A DNA stretch of 62,887 nt, filler included, from Rhabdomonas costata (Eukaryota): the NCBI GenBank assembly GCA_019059605.1. It is 49 parts of 49 records of this genome, joined end to end, with 100 filler letters (N's around TTAATTAATTAA, not from the genome) between each part and the next. Parts side by side here need not be neighbours in the genome. Positions count along the whole stretch, not along the records: positions 11,565 to 12,749 come from JAHMHO010024500.1; positions 12,850 to 14,035 come from JAHMHO010024501.1; positions 14,136 to 15,319 come from JAHMHO010024502.1; positions 15,420 to 16,604 come from JAHMHO010024503.1; positions 16,705 to 17,889 come from JAHMHO010024504.1; positions 17,990 to 19,175 come from JAHMHO010024505.1; positions 19,276 to 20,461 come from JAHMHO010024506.1; positions 20,562 to 21,747 come from JAHMHO010024507.1; 41 more parts are not named here. One strand, 5' to 3'. Below, in pieces: positions 11,960 through 25,731 of this stretch (position 1 is the stretch's first letter; every line of letters starts with the position of its first letter). The notes beneath the pieces are model-generated. The model was not told where the DNA came from, did no database searches, and saw only the letters and a program-made list of their open reading frames with translations. A program made the translations under genes and the position numbers.

Positions 11960-12088
11960 CTCTACGATCTCCGCGGCCTTCATGGCGTCGGCGCAGGCGT
12001 CCAGCAGGCCCTGCCAGTTGGTGTACGTAGTGGCAGAGCCCCCGTGAGGGTCCGCGGAGGCATCCCCACCTTGCTCCGTGGCAGGCAT
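11960..12088 (-). CDS. First exon, possibly NatC auxiliary subunit Mak10/NAA35-like
   Basis: MPATEQ...TYTNWQGLLDACADAMKAAEIVE followed by GAG|GC; coding-like codon usage; the family resemblance is weak. Confidence 0.4.
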
Positions 12089-12849
12089 CGCGAGGCAAGG
12101 GAACTCAGCTTACAAGGGAAGGGTACAGAGTCTTGTCAATCGGGTCGACCTCACGGGCTCCATACACAATAAACATGGAACATAGAAAAGCAGCAGAGGA
12201 ACCGAAATTGCAACGGAGATAACGACACTGAAAGAATGCCCAGAAGCCCCCGGTTCCATAGAGCATTATGCGGCAAACGTCCAGAAACGCTACACAGTCC
12301 ATTCACCCTCGGCCGACGTGTGAGGCTTTTTGCAGGTTTTTCGCCTCATTTAGGGCTTCTCAACGGGTTCCGACAATCTCAAAGGAAACTAATCAAATCA
12401 TTCAAAGGGCAGATTTGGTATCTGATGGTCAATCGTTACAGCTCTTTGACCAAATACATTCTCTTTCCCATTTTCACTAGTGGCTCAGTGCTTCCAACAG
12501 ACAGCTGGAAAAAGAAGCTTAGAAGCTAAAAAAAAAAGGGCGCTTAAAGGAAATATCCCTTCCCAGAGAGAAATTTTAAAGCCAACTAAAGGAGCAAAAG
12601 ACCTCATATATCAATACAGACATCCCAGAGCGCGGTGAGGAACGTGTGTAACACTCGCCACGTGTAAACCGCGTGTAAAACTCACCACATCCATTGTAGC
12701 TTACAAACCACACAGAGAAAGCAATCAGCCGTGGGTTCCCCACACCCCCNNNNNNNNNNNNNNNNNNNNNNNNNNNNNNNNNNNNNNNNNNNNTTAATTA
12801 ATTAANNNNNNNNNNNNNNNNNNNNNNNNNNNNNNNNNNNNNNNNNNNN

Positions 12850-12867
12850 TGTGGTGGGTGTGTTTGG
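12850..12867 (+). other. Residual WGA primer-like sequence (example)
   Basis: TGTGGTGGGTGTGTTTGG matches 17/18 to the GenomePlex-type primer TGTGTTGGGTGTGTTTGG (recalled); similar tails occur at 5140, 7707, 20562, 56564 and, reverse-complemented, at 7590-7606 and 14019-14035. Confidence 0.8.
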
Positions 12868-13071
12868 GTGTTGGTGGCGAAGAGGATACCCAGAGGAGTT
12901 CTTCATCTCAGAGGAGGCTTTATGCGGTGGAGGTTTGGGTATTGTGGACGGGGGGGGGAGACTGAATGCTGATAAACGTGAAGTAATGATAGCGTGAGGA
13001 ACCACCACACACCACACACATACACAGAGACAGACAGACAGGGATAGGTGCAGGCAGGGAGAAGAAAAAAC

Positions 13072-13554
13072 CTCAGCAGCTTGTCCAGGAAGATCAGCTT
13101 GGTAGACGACTTCACCAGCTGCTCGGCCCTTTCCTCGGGAAGAAGACTCAGGGTCGCCCGCTCTGTGCGCCCAACCCTCCAATGCAAAGCGGTCGCGCCC
13201 ACAAAGGTGCGCACACGCACACAAAGGTGAGAAAAGGTTCCTTAGTCTATATATGTAGCGTCTATATATGTAGGAACCCTTCATCTTGCACCGAAGCACG
13301 GTGCAAGCACATACGCACTCTTAACCGAACGGAGGCAATGAGCTGCTGACTACTATACATTGCAGAGATGATATTTCGTTCTTGATGTGCTTTCTTTTGG
13401 AGTGGTGGTGCTGGCGGGTGGCGGTGGTAGTGGTAAGGGCAATGGGGAAGGTGAGGAAGAAGAGGACCTTCCGCCCCAGCCAAGAGGTACGGGTGGTTGC
13501 AAACTTTCCGCAGCTGCATCATCAGGTTGTTCAGCCGAACCATCCGGCCCTTCG
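13072..13554 (-). CDS. Second SNF2-family (CHD-like) ATPase, partial, exons 13554-13468 and 13162-13072
   Basis: RLNNLMMQLRKVCNHPYLLAGAEE...EQLVKSSTKLIFLDKLL; phase-1 GT-AG intron. Confidence 0.92.
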
Positions 13555-15453
13555 CTGCAACCCATGTGGTGTGCACGTGGGGAAAAAAGGCACAACCAGC
13601 GCAAGGCATTGTAAATGGCACCGTGGCAATTCTCGTGCTTAGTAAGGTTTCGTATCCGTACCCTACTCGCACTTCGTACTGTATGCTTCCAGTACCAACA
13701 AACACTGACATACGCCCGTCATCTGCTATTGTACCACAGGACGGTAAACGTCAACAGGAGAGAATGCACTGGGTTCCACACAAAACGAAAAGCAGGTGGC
13801 AGCAAATGCACATGCTCAACTAACTGCAGGGCAGATATGGTCGTGAAGTGGGCGGCGTGAGGGGGGGAGAACGAGAAGCATAAACGGCAGAAGATTCAAA
13901 AAGAGAGGAGAGAGGAGAGAGGAGAGGGAAAGGGAGCGGCTGTGGAGCAGAAAAGGTGACGGGTTGTGGAAGGGAAGAACAGTTGATATGACGGTAAACG
14001 TGACAGAAAAGAAAACACCCAAACACACCCACCACNNNNNNNNNNNNNNNNNNNNNNNNNNNNNNNNNNNNNNNNNNNNTTAATTAATTAANNNNNNNNN
14101 NNNNNNNNNNNNNNNNNNNNNNNNNNNNNNNNNNNTCGTGATGAGGTTAGAGGGGGGGGGCAGGTGAAAGGAGCACGCCATTAGAATACTGCAGAAAAAC
14201 GGGGGGAGAGGGACGGGCGGGGGGGAACCTGGCCCTCTCCCACTGGAAGAGGCAGGCGGAGAATCCCCCCGCGCACACACAAACACATGAGCGGGAGAGG
14301 GACTCTGGAAAAATAATGCAAAGAAAAAAGCTCGCGTTGTTTCGCTGTGTACATGTGTTCCGTGCAGTTACACGCACCCCAAGAGGAAGAGGAAGAAGAA
14401 GACAGTCCACTCATACCATATGCAACTGGCCCGTTACTGGGGAGGGAGGTCCGTCCCGCTTTGTATTATGGGGCAATGCCGTGCTGGGCCATTGCATGTA
14501 AATGTCTGTGTCAGTTTCCGTGTACCCGTGGGTTGTTGGATACATTAGTCGCGTGCCTTCAGTAGCAGTGGGCAAGCGAAGGGGGTGAGGGAGTTGAGAG
14601 AATCCCTCAATCTGGGGAGGGACCCCCAGAACTCGGCCTAACGGGTGCACGGGTGTGAGCGGTTAGAGGTTGTGCAGGCTGCCACCGGCACCACAGACGA
14701 TCCGCGGGAAAACTCACTCACTTCTCCGGCCAACCGCCGGCAAAGGGCACCGACCCACCTCCCCACTCGCCGGGCCCCCGGGGCGAAAAGAGGGGCGCTC
14801 CGCGTCAAAGGAGCCGTGGCTGCGGCTCCGGAAACGGTGCTGAGCTGAAGAACCACCGACAGGGCGCCCCCGAAGGGCAGAGCCACGCGCTGTGTGGAGG
14901 CCTCGTTGAGCGGCAGAGCAGCCAGAGGGATGACCTGTAATTACAAGAGGAAGAGAGGACGGAGAAGCGGGGAAGAACACGGCAGTGGATGTGCTGACAA
15001 CCACAGCAAACGTAATACCCCATGCAGATACATCTGTCATCACACCAGCAGAGGCGCAACGTTCACCGGTACTAACACCGCTCGTGAAAGTGCCTCTCTT
15101 CGTACCGGCGATGGGAGCAGCCGAGCACACCAAAAACAGGATTTTAGAAGTGAACTCTGAAAACAGAAAAACCAACAGCATGGTGAGAAAAAGCGAAAAA
15201 CCGCAACACCACAGAAGTCATTCCGGAGTCAACCCAGCCATACCGCGCGGCAGAGACATTCTGTCTGGTGCCTCCACAGCACCCGCTTTTTTGCCACAGT
15301 CCGGTGCCCAACCCCCCCCNNNNNNNNNNNNNNNNNNNNNNNNNNNNNNNNNNNNNNNNNNNNTTAATTAATTAANNNNNNNNNNNNNNNNNNNNNNNNN
15401 NNNNNNNNNNNNNNNNNNNGTGGGTGTGTCCCCGCGGTGTGTGGGATGTTCAG

Positions 15454-16043
15454 TTGTGGAGGGTGTGACCTTGACCAACCCCCGGGACCTTGGGCTGGTT
15501 TTGTCCGTGGTGGGGAGTGTGCTGACCCTGGAGGATCTCTCTATACTGCGGTGCGGGCTCACTGACGTCCATGCCTACGCCATGGTCAGGGCCCTGCTGA
15601 AGCATCCTTCACTGAAGCGCGTAGCCCTGGTGCGTGGGTGTGGGTGGGTGTGTGCGTGTGCACGCCGCCTGCTGGGAGGCGGTGGGCTTTGATTTTTTTT
15701 TCGGAATTTTATGAGTGACCCTCCCCGTAGATTCCAGTCACGGCATTTACCTTCAACCCAAATGAACTGCGTGGACTCCAGCGTCAATTGCGTGGTTCTG
15801 AGGTGGTGAGGGGGTGTTTGGCTTTTGGTGTCAATCGATTCCTCTCCCCTTTGAAAAACTCCTTTCAGTCGTTCTTCCCTTTTTCCTCCGCGCGGTAGTG
15901 CGACAACGAGTTCACAAACGTCTCCTTGCCGTTGTTCGTGAAGCTGGCCGCTGCCCCTGAGATCTCGATGCTCGACCTGCGTCGCACTGCCGTTGAGGAC
16001 CCAGACGGGGGGTTGCCTTCCAACGTCCTGGTCTCCAGAAAAG
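15454..16043 (+). CDS. RNI-like leucine-rich repeat protein, partial (exons 15454-15629 and 15899-~16043)
   Basis: LEDLSILRCGLTD...SLKRVALCDNEFT...ISMLDLRRT; phase-0 GT-AG intron. Confidence 0.75.
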
Positions 16044-16729
16044 GTTTTCACGCTACACATCTCTGCAATTGCGGTGCCTGGTTGGGGAAGGGGGAGAAAC
16101 CCTCCCAATAAATGATGTGACGCCTAAGATAACGTTTCGGCCCCACGCGCAAGAGTTCATCACGAAAGTGTTGTCAATTGTCGCCTTTCACGAGGCGAGC
16201 GCTCTGCATCCACGTGGAGCCAAAACAGCCAGGACGTCATTCTGGGGCTATGCCATTGAAGGCTGGGTCGCGGCAGAAAGCAGCTGATGGGTTACAATCG
16301 GAGCATCTGGAGTCGGTACACTGTGTTGTCCCCTTGTTCGATTGTTCTCGCCTCGCGCGCGCGCTTGAGTGAGACAGTAGAACATCCACCACACTAAAAA
16401 AAACCGTGTTGTCGTCATAACTGCCATCTACGCCAGCCACTTCACACACGCATAAACACACCCTAACAGTACGCCCTGATATCAGCGGATGCGTCAAACG
16501 CGGGCGCATCCGACATCCGCAGCTCACCAGTGACAAAGGCAGGGCATCATCATGAAGACGTCAGCATCGCATGAGTGAGCGCGATGCCCGCTCACCACAA
16601 ACACNNNNNNNNNNNNNNNNNNNNNNNNNNNNNNNNNNNNNNNNNNNNTTAATTAATTAANNNNNNNNNNNNNNNNNNNNNNNNNNNNNNNNNNNNNNNN
16701 NNNNGGTGTTTGTTTTCTTCTGCTCACAG

Positions 16730-17889
16730 CCGGATCTCCCTTCTGACGAGGAGGTGGGTGAGGGAGAGGAAGGGCAGCCACAGACGAAGAAGGCCAAAGT
16801 GGAGCCACAGCAGGCCTACCACATTGGCTTCGAGGCGAAGGTGGCTATATGGAAGGTGGGACCAGCTCTTCGCCGCGCTCCTCTCTCTCTCTCTTATGTG
16901 GAGGTTAGGTGCCAGGTTCTTGCCTTGGTTTTTCTGAGCTGACATTGAACCTGTAGTTTTTGCGTGCATAGTAGTGCCATTTTCAATGGTGGCCACAGAA
17001 ATACTACCTCCAATTGTGCTATCTCGCTTGACATGGGGGTATTGCTCATTCGGTCGTAGTGGGCCAAGCCTGGTGCCTGTCTGCTTTTGGATGATCAGCT
17101 GTTTCACGTGAGAGATGGGAGCAATGTTTCGGAAAAACCACCGTTTGGACTGATGTATGGAGGGGACGGGAAATTGCGCTTTTATCCTAAATGTTACCGG
17201 CGTTACCGTAATTAACGTCATTATACAGTTGAACGCCCCTCCCCCCCATAGACCAGACCTCATATCTTATTTACCCAGCAGTGGAAGAACAAGAGCCGAG
17301 GAAGTTGCTGCTGCTTTGGGCGAAACATTCCCACTCGTGGAATGAAGCAGAGAGTTTTCCAGGAAAAAAAGAAACGATCGTCTTTTCTTCCTTTCGGGGT
17401 GGTGTTTTGTTCCTCGGGGGGGGGGTCTCACCAGAAAGTCGCGGAGCAGAGAGAGGCCCGGGAGAAGGCCAGGCAGGAAGCCGAGAAAGCCGCCCGCATT
17501 GCTGCCAACAGCAAGGTCATCCTTTTCTGCACCCTTCCCGGCCTTCCCCCTGGAGCGCAGAATGAATGATGGATCTGTTGTCGAACACCTCAGAGGGGGG
17601 CTGCGGTTTATGTTATGCTGATACTTTTTTTTGTAACTTGTAACCCACCAGGTCTGCTTTCGCATATGAACTGCTGAACAGCTCTTCTTTTTGTTCCAGC
17701 TGTACCAACCCTGGGAGCGAGGCACGATGTGCTGCCCTGGGTCAGGCGCCGCATACGAGAACCCAGAACCCTACCACCCCACGTCTGCGGCGGTCCCCTC
17801 GAGCTCCTTAACCACCTCCGTGCTGAATCCAGCTGCGCTATGCAACTCTCCCTCTGTGGCTCACCGCCGGCCTCCCCCACCACCCCACC
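16730..17889 (+). CDS. Unknown charged/coiled-coil protein, exons 16730-16840, 17435-17515 and 17700-
   Basis: Phase-0 GT-AG junctions; PDLPSDEEV...KKAKVE...EAREKARQEAEKAARIAANSKLYQPWERG. Confidence 0.65.
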
Positions 17890-18127
17890 NNNNNNNNNNN
17901 NNNNNNNNNNNNNNNNNNNNNNNNNNNNNNNNNTTAATTAATTAANNNNNNNNNNNNNNNNNNNNNNNNNNNNNNNNNNNNNNNNNNNNGTTGGGTTGTC
18001 TCATCTGGCCATGTCTTTGGGGTGCCATGCCCTGGAAGGAAAACGGCAGTGTGCTGGAGTTTGAAGCGGTGAATTGGGATTTGGAATTGACGCATATGGC
18101 ATATGAGTGTTCTTCGTGGCTTTGCAG

Positions 18128-19175
18128 AAAGTTTCCGTCGCCCGTGGAGCAGCTGCCGTCTGTGTCACCCCCCGTCACTCCCACGAGCCGTGGGTCGGCG
18201 TACAGCGCCCCTGCTGAGGAGTCCCTGCCCTTCAATTCCTCTCGCGGAGGTGGTGCCGGAGGCCCCCCTTCGGCTCGGCTGGTGCTCGGGGGGTACGATC
18301 TTCCGCCTCCATCACCGCCTAAAGGCCTCAGGTCTCCGTCTGCCTTTCGAGTGGGAATGTGTTTGTGTTTATTTGGCTCGGGTGCTGAGTTTTGAATCCT
18401 CCTTCTTACAATGGTTTCTTTTGTGGGCCCCTTTTGCTTTTCTGGACAAATCGAACTCCCCGCACAGGTTGCTATTGCTTCTGTTATTTTCATCCTCAGT
18501 CAACATGACGCTGGTGACCTTCCCGTCCCATTTGGATGCTGCATTGTATGGTCTGCTCAGTAGTGCTTATAGTGGGCAGCTCCGCATAGCGCAGTTCACC
18601 GCACACTTGCATGTTTACAGCAGAGTTTGCTCCCTTACCCATTCCACGCATCAGATTCTTTCCTGGTTTCATGATTTTTTTGTTGTGTGTGAGGATTCCG
18701 CTTCACTTGGGGGCAAACAGAAGTATGGGAAGGAAACTGTCGTTGTACTAAGGACGAGAAGGAAGGGAAGGGAAGGGAAGGGCGTTTATGCAGAGATAGT
18801 TGTGACCCCCCACCGTTCCGTTCTCGACGCGCACCCATGCAGCCGATATTGGCGTGCGTGCCCACGAATATGCACCAGTAATGCGGATGGGTGGGCTCGG
18901 GGTATGCTCGGACTTCACGTCTGTACATGTGCCTCTTTCAGGCCCAGGACCTTCTCTGGCGTGCCGGGGCTGCGGAGCTCGGGACCCGCTGAGCACTCAG
19001 TTGCCCCGACCATCGGCGGAGCAGGCAGCCGCAGCGCCCTTCTCCTCCTCCTCAGCGGCGAATCTCACTTCGCTGAGCTGGACCCGCGCTGCGGCGCCGC
19101 GGTACCCTACCCCTCTTACCTCCAACCCCGCTGTCGCAGCTACAGCCCTGGATCAGATGCCGCCGCCCAACCCCC
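18128..19175 (+). CDS. Pro/Ser-rich unknown protein, probable exons 18128-18331 and 18942-
   Basis: GC-rich open segments with phase-2-compatible GT/AG sites; no recognisable domain. Confidence 0.35.
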
Positions 19176-19592
19176 NNNNNNNNNNNNNNNNNNNNNNNNN
19201 NNNNNNNNNNNNNNNNNNNTTAATTAATTAANNNNNNNNNNNNNNNNNNNNNNNNNNNNNNNNNNNNNNNNNNNNTTGTGGGGGTTTTTTTTAGTTCTGT
19301 GAATATTTGGACCTGTGATAGCGTGTTTTGTTTGTGGACGTTTCCTCGTCTGTGTGTGTGCGTGTGGCGCTTAGAGCGAAGGGGTGGTCACCCCACTCCT
19401 TCTAACCTTCTAACTGCTTGTTGCGAATACTTTTACAGTGCTTGTGTGCGTGGCCCGCCATGGGCCACTGGTCCTCCCTGATTTGAGAAGCCATCAGTAT
19501 CTGGAAAAGTGATGATAAATGGGAGCTGGAGAATTTGCATGTCTTAATGGGGCCTGCCTCACTCTGGTAACACACAAGCCGACGTGATATAA

Positions 19593-19618
19593 CTGCTGCT
19601 GCTGCTGCTGCTGCTGCT
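19593..19618. repeat. (CTG)8 microsatellite
   Basis: Read directly from the sequence. Confidence 0.95.
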
Positions 19619-20582
19619 ATGAGTCGGGGCTAATTCTGAACAGACACGCCGTTGTTCAAGATTTCTAATTGTAACGTTCACAAAAAAAATTGTGCCCCCA
19701 TGCGGAGTTGAGCCAGCAGGACCGTGTCAAAGCCACACCCCGAAACTTGGGAAAACCTATGCCATGCACTTCACTCTGGAGTGGAGAGATGTTTGAAAAA
19801 GTACCATAGCGATTGCCCAGCGATGCCTCCTGTTTATGCTTGCACGAAGAAAGGACTCGCATGCAACATTTTTATATGACATTCAAAGATCTCGCGTCCG
19901 CGGCGCAAATATGTTATAATGATCTTTGAAATTTCCAGTCGCGTTCTATCATATTGTCTGTGTCACCTCAAAAAGTTGCAGCCGAAAAAGGTGCATCCTA
20001 ATTCTGGCGTTCTGGAAATAGAAAAGGGACTGGTGAAAAATGGTTTTTGTTAAGTGTTTTCGCTACTTGTCGGTGTGGCCTAATTTGCGGCCTAACGTGC
20101 TCAATTTTCATTCGACAATACAGCGGCTTTCTCACTTTACGTGCCACCGCACGCCTTCCCATTGTGCACTGCTGAGGAATAATCCCCCCCCTCCGAACAC
20201 GCGATTACACGAATTCTACGAATGAGCAGTGATTTGCAGCGGGGCTTTGGGTGGCTCGCTCCACCCACGGACGAACCCGTTGCTCTCCGCTTTCACAGCC
20301 ACCACGACTGAGGTGTGAAGGCGGATAGCAACGGGTTCGTCCGTGGGTGGAGCGACGATAGCTGTGCTTCTGGTGGCCACTACTGGGCTGCTGATGCTAT
20401 CTCTGCTTACTGGACCAGTGTTGGTGACCTCGGAATTAACTTGGAGGCTGTTTTCAAGGGGNNNNNNNNNNNNNNNNNNNNNNNNNNNNNNNNNNNNNNN
20501 NNNNNTTAATTAATTAANNNNNNNNNNNNNNNNNNNNNNNNNNNNNNNNNNNNNNNNNNNNTGTGAGGGGTGTGTTTGGGGT

Positions 20583-21583
20583 TTGGGAGGGAGAGCGCGG
20601 GGAGGGGGTGAGGTCTGTGCTCTTGCTCTTCTGAGGCCTCCGGGAAATGCCGGAATAGCCCGGGCTCCACCACGGCGAGTCCCCCGGCTGTGGGGATCTC
20701 CGTGTAGGGCAGGACACCGATGGTGGGGTCGACAAGGACCTCCCGGAAGCCCAGGGGCAGGGCCACGCCATCTCGGGCAAACTGCAGCCGAAGCCTCAAG
20801 ACGGCCGCGGGCTCGTCGTCGGAGGAGGAGCAGGGTGCTGAGCTGCGGGTGAGGGTGAGGAGGCAGCTAAGGGTGTGCTGGCCCTCAGAGGGGGCCCTGC
20901 TGGGATCCTTGAGATGCGGGGCAAGGTCTTCGGTCTCCGTCGCATAGAGGGAATCTGCAGACGAAGCGGAGACCATGGAAAGGGCTAATGCTGGAACTCG
21001 TCGATGCTTCCCGAGACGAGAAACATTTTCCGACAGGTACGCCAAGCACTAAAAAAAATACCAGTGGCGCCCTGTCGGTGTGGCGGGTGCGTGCTTCATC
21101 CGAAGATAGTGACTGACACGGTGAGCAACCGTTCAGGACACAGACACCTGGCCCAATGTATTTCCGGCGCACCCTCAGTGTTCCCTTTTTCTTAGCACTG
21201 TCGTTTTTCTTATGTTGACATTTATGAAGTTCTGGCCTTTGCGGTGAGAAGCAACACGCCAGATGGTGAGGTCTTTCAAATTAAAGTCTGGGGCCATCTA
21301 TCCACAAAACAGCACAAAATATCCATAATCGACAGCACACCTAGGGACACGGCAAAAACAAAGACGAACTAGCCACAAGGACCTGGGTCGCCGCTGCACA
21401 GCAGCCACTTTGTTAGGCGACCCGCGGCATTCCGCGAGCAGGCCCCCAGCTTCACCCACGCAGAGCCAGGTACACGCTGCACTTCAAAGTACCAGCACCC
21501 GTGGCACAGAGGAACGAGAGTCAGGGCCCCAGTAAATGGCCAGGCCGCAGTGTTGGAGATCACAGGAAAGGCAGGGGCCTCGG
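20583..21583 (-). CDS. SPRY-like domain protein, partial (exon 21583-21383 plus an exon within 21045-20583)
   Basis: GCWYFEVQ...VKLG and LSCLLTL...LQFARDGVALPLGF...GVLPY; intermediate exon boundaries are uncertain. Confidence 0.55.
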
Positions 21584-21854
21584 CTGAGACGAGCAGCGGG
21601 GAAGATTTTCCACTGCGATAAACAACACCACAAAACGGTGAAAAGGGTGAAGATCACGACAAGACGAAAGTTCGACCTGAACCCATAGGCACAAGAAGTG
21701 GGGGAAATGGGGAAAGATATGCCTTTGCAGTGAAGTCCCAACCCCCCNNNNNNNNNNNNNNNNNNNNNNNNNNNNNNNNNNNNNNNNNNNNTTAATTAAT
21801 TAANNNNNNNNNNNNNNNNNNNNNNNNNNNNNNNNNNNNNNNNNNNNTGTTGTT

Positions 21855-22022
21855 GGGAAGCTTCAAAAAATTAGAACTTATCCATCGCCTTCGCTCCTAC
21901 ACTTCCCCGTCACACACGATGTTCCAATGGCAGGATGTGGAATCATTCAGCAATTTTAGCCTCTGCCTCATTAGCGTCGTCGCCCTAGGCGATGGATAAG
22001 TTCTAATTTTTTGAAGCTTCCC
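21855..22022. repeat. Perfect 36-bp inverted repeat with 96-nt spacer at contig start
   Basis: 21855-21890 is the reverse complement of 21987-22022. Confidence 0.9.
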
Positions 22023-22456
22023 TACAAGACCTGCTCCGGAGGAAGCAGAACGCCCCCTTCCGCGCTGGCGTCCAGGTCCTCCTCTGCGTCAACGGCGCCG
22101 AGCTCGTCGTCGGAATCATTGAGCACACTGAGGGTGATCGAGGAGCGATCATCCCCGTGTTTTTCCTTCCTGTGAGCGCGAACAAGGGCAAAGCGGGGTA
22201 CCAGCCAGCATCAGAGTGACACTGGTATACTTGAAATAAGAATAAAATACACGCAAATCACAATATACATGCAATTGCATCATCCGACCGAAGCAGAAAA
22301 GGGGTGTGTCCTTGATGACTTGTATGACGCAAGCACATGCAAATAGTAGCTAGTAGGATGTTCCAGTGAGGTATCTGTATGCATGTATATAAAGCAAAGT
22401 ACTACAGCGCACGCTGAGCGGATGCCGCACAACAATGCATTCTCACACGCCCACAC

Positions 22457-22606
22457 CGGTTGAGCTGGCTCCGCAGCTGCACAATGCACTGGTGCTGCTC
22501 GGCGCATACACGACGCAGCTCGTCCACCTCCTCGGCGCGCGCACGCAGCTCCGCCTCCAGCTGCCGAATTCGCTCCTCCGCGCTGCTCCCGCCGCTCCCG
22601 CTGCTC
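22457..22606 (-). CDS. Coiled-coil protein exon
   Basis: AG|...SAEERIRQLEAELRARAEEVDELRRVCAEQHQCIVQLRSQLNR|GT. Confidence 0.65.
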
Positions 22607-25600
22607 CTATACCACACAGGCGATGCCGCTCGGTGGAGAGAAGCGTCCAAAGCACTCACATGTCCACGGCTCATCAGGAAACGGAAAATAAACGAAAAAA
22701 GAAACTAGCGTGCTGGGTACGTGCTCAGTTTTATACTTCTGGTTGGATGCAGGAAGTAGTCGCTTGGGCGTGTGGCGTGTGGGGAACGGGGACAGTAACC
22801 CGCCGCACGTGACACTTACGTAAAATGCTGTCATGATGCAGGTTTCACTATTGACGTTCTGTTAACTCGCCTCGCGTCCGCGTTTGAGTGAGAAATACAA
22901 CCATCACAGAGATATTTTATATACCAAAAAAACGACATGTGAGCTGTTGCCCCACGCAAGAGAAGGTTAAGCAGCACCAACCTGGAAACAGAGGCCGCCA
23001 AACCCTACCCCATACAGCAATTCCACACCAACCNNNNNNNNNNNNNNNNNNNNNNNNNNNNNNNNNNNNNNNNNNNNTTAATTAATTAANNNNNNNNNNN
23101 NNNNNNNNNNNNNNNNNNNNNNNNNNNNNNNNNGGTGGGTGTTAAACACTGCCAACTTGTTCAAAAAAGGTCAAGGTGAAAGTCGCAGCCACAGAAAGAA
23201 CTAACTCCCTATTTCGTGGCACGTATCTAAAACAGTCGGACCCGTTTTGAACAAGTTGGCAGTGTTTAAGACCCAGCCAAAAATCCGACAAAAAACGAGC
23301 GAAAAACAAACGTTCTTTATAGCAGACGCTCCATCCAGCCACGGCAGCCACGAGGTTCAGCCACCCTGGAGAGGATGGACTGCCCTGCGGACAACCCTCT
23401 GAAAAACCGAAGACGACAGGCGGAGGCTCCTCTGGTGCCGCCGAGGGCGAGCTTGAGCGCTTCTTGGCGCTTGGAGTTGCCTGTTGGGAGTGGCAGCCTG
23501 GGCACACGTCCGCACACGCTTCGGCTTCCCCTTGCCCACCCTCGCACATTGGCACCCGTCAACCTGACAAATGCATGATCGTGTGCTGTCGTCCGGTATT
23601 GGGAGGCCGTCAGCGACCCCCAAAGGCCCAGAAGCGGGCGGTTTGCGCAGCATGTCCCTCAGAGCACTGAATCAGACCCTCAGTTCTCTTTTGGGGCACT
23701 TTGGCTGTTAAAAAATAAAATTGTACAATTTTAAGAATTTTCAACAATTGTACACCCATTCGCAAGGCCTGTGCAATTGTATCCGTTGAGCCGTTTACGC
23801 GGGAAAAAGAGAGTAGAACAACAAAAAAACTGAGAAAAAATACATTGGGACTTCCAGAAAATTAAAAAATTTCCAGAAACAAAAAATGTGTTGCACTTAA
23901 GTTTGGACTAATTTTGATTACAGAATGTTTATGTGTCTTATTTAAATTCCTAATTAGCAGTTTTTTGTTGTTAAATGCGTCATCAAAACTAAGAAGCAAA
24001 CCACAAGAAAATATTCCAATTTGCTACAATTAATTTTATCTTCATTTATCTTGTACATTTTTTTGTGAACTGCAAAGGAGCAGTGCCGGCATACGCGACG
24101 CCTGTCTTGGCGCCAGCGGGACCGGGTGCGGCAGTTGCTGCACCTTCCAAGACATCTTCGGGGAAGTTGGCTCTTCCACCGTTGAAGGCAGGGCAGGAGA
24201 AGGATTGAAAATGTACGTTAAATTTCTTTAATAACATTTTAAAGATGGATCAGCTCCGGTTTTTTCGTCACGACAAATAAGGGTGACTCAGGGCCGGAAG
24301 TGCGACGAACCAAACCACNNNNNNNNNNNNNNNNNNNNNNNNNNNNNNNNNNNNNNNNNNNNTTAATTAATTAANNNNNNNNNNNNNNNNNNNNNNNNNN
24401 NNNNNNNNNNNNNNNNNNGTTGTCTTACCGTCCAACTCTAACAAGAAAGAGTGTGTATACCTTCTGGAGGTGGAGTGCATAGCATCACCGTAGCGTTCCT
24501 GTCACCTAATCCTTCACAACGAACCAGGCGGGCACCCAACCACTGGAGGCTTTCAGTCAGAGCCACAACGTGCGGTTAACCTGGACAGCTCACCTCCATC
24601 AGGATCCGTTAAAGGTTGAATAGTGTGTGATACCGGTCCCTCTGTGCCTTGGCGTCACCTTCTGTGGGTTTACGCCATAGCCTCGCATCCATCACCAGGT
24701 CTTTCATCCTACGCCAAACTACGCATGGTATCTCACTGCGACTATAAATAGTGTCAACGTAACGCGTGCTTCCAGGCGAACCTGATGACAGAGTAGATCG
24801 TCCGTCTCAGCCAAAATTCACCACATTCGTCCAAGGGTTACTGGCTTCGTGAGAAACGTCCTTGTTGTATTAATGTGTGGTAATGTGCATCGTCCCTTGA
24901 TCGCAGCCAGGCGCACCTGCTGTCATCAATGACAAGCTTGTCTTCTACACCACCACTCAGTGCTTGATCGTACACCAGCGATTTCCGGTCGTTACAGGCA
25001 CTGGGCGTTATTTTCATCCTACGATATCCCGCGCGACATCGGAAATTCGAAACCAAACCATGAACCCTGAACCCAACCTCCGAAGATGGAACACCGACAT
25101 CGAAGACAGAACCCAAGTCATGAAGACAGAAACGAAAGCAAAGACCCACGATCAGCCATGACACAATCAAACTTCATCCTCCGACTCCAACGCAAGAACC
25201 CCCACCATCGCCATGAACCTGACACCTGTGTAACGGATCAGGAAAGTTATGTATCACGTTTGCAAGAGAAGTTGTTTCGTGACAACTAAGTGGTTTTGAA
25301 AGAGATTCCGTAAGGGAATGTTGAGCTCAGAGCTGGCTTTACCGGCTCTGTGTCTTTGTACAGAACAGCAGTTGCATTGACTGAAAGACGGCTTAGAGCT
25401 GAGCTGTTGCAGATGTTTTGATAGAGAAGAGAGAATCAGTGAAATCTCAGGAGATCAGTGAGGTGCCGATATGAAGTGTTCTCAAGTTGAGAGCAGAAGC
25501 GTTGAAGTTGCAAAGAGGCAGCAGAGCTGAAGCTCAAGAGCTTAGCTTTCAAGAAAGTTGCAAGGAAAGAGGGAAGACCTTTGTGAGGAGCTGACCTTTG

Positions 25601-25731
25601 AGAGNNNNNNNNNNNNNNNNNNNNNNNNNNNNNNNNNNNNNNNNNNNNTTAATTAATTAANNNNNNNNNNNNNNNNNNNNNNNNNNNNNNNNNNNNNNNN
25701 NNNNGGGTGGGTGGAATGGTCCGTGCTTTAG

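Noticed and set aside
18103-19227. 374-aa ORF as a single CDS
   Set aside because: It runs through intron-like T-rich sequence with non-protein-like composition; only the GC-rich parts look exonic.
24419-25604. LTR retrotransposon or integrase in a gene-free contig with AGAGCT-rich tail and faint ~300-bp repeats
   Set aside because: No recognisable RT, integrase or gag motif, and the repeats are too weak to delimit.
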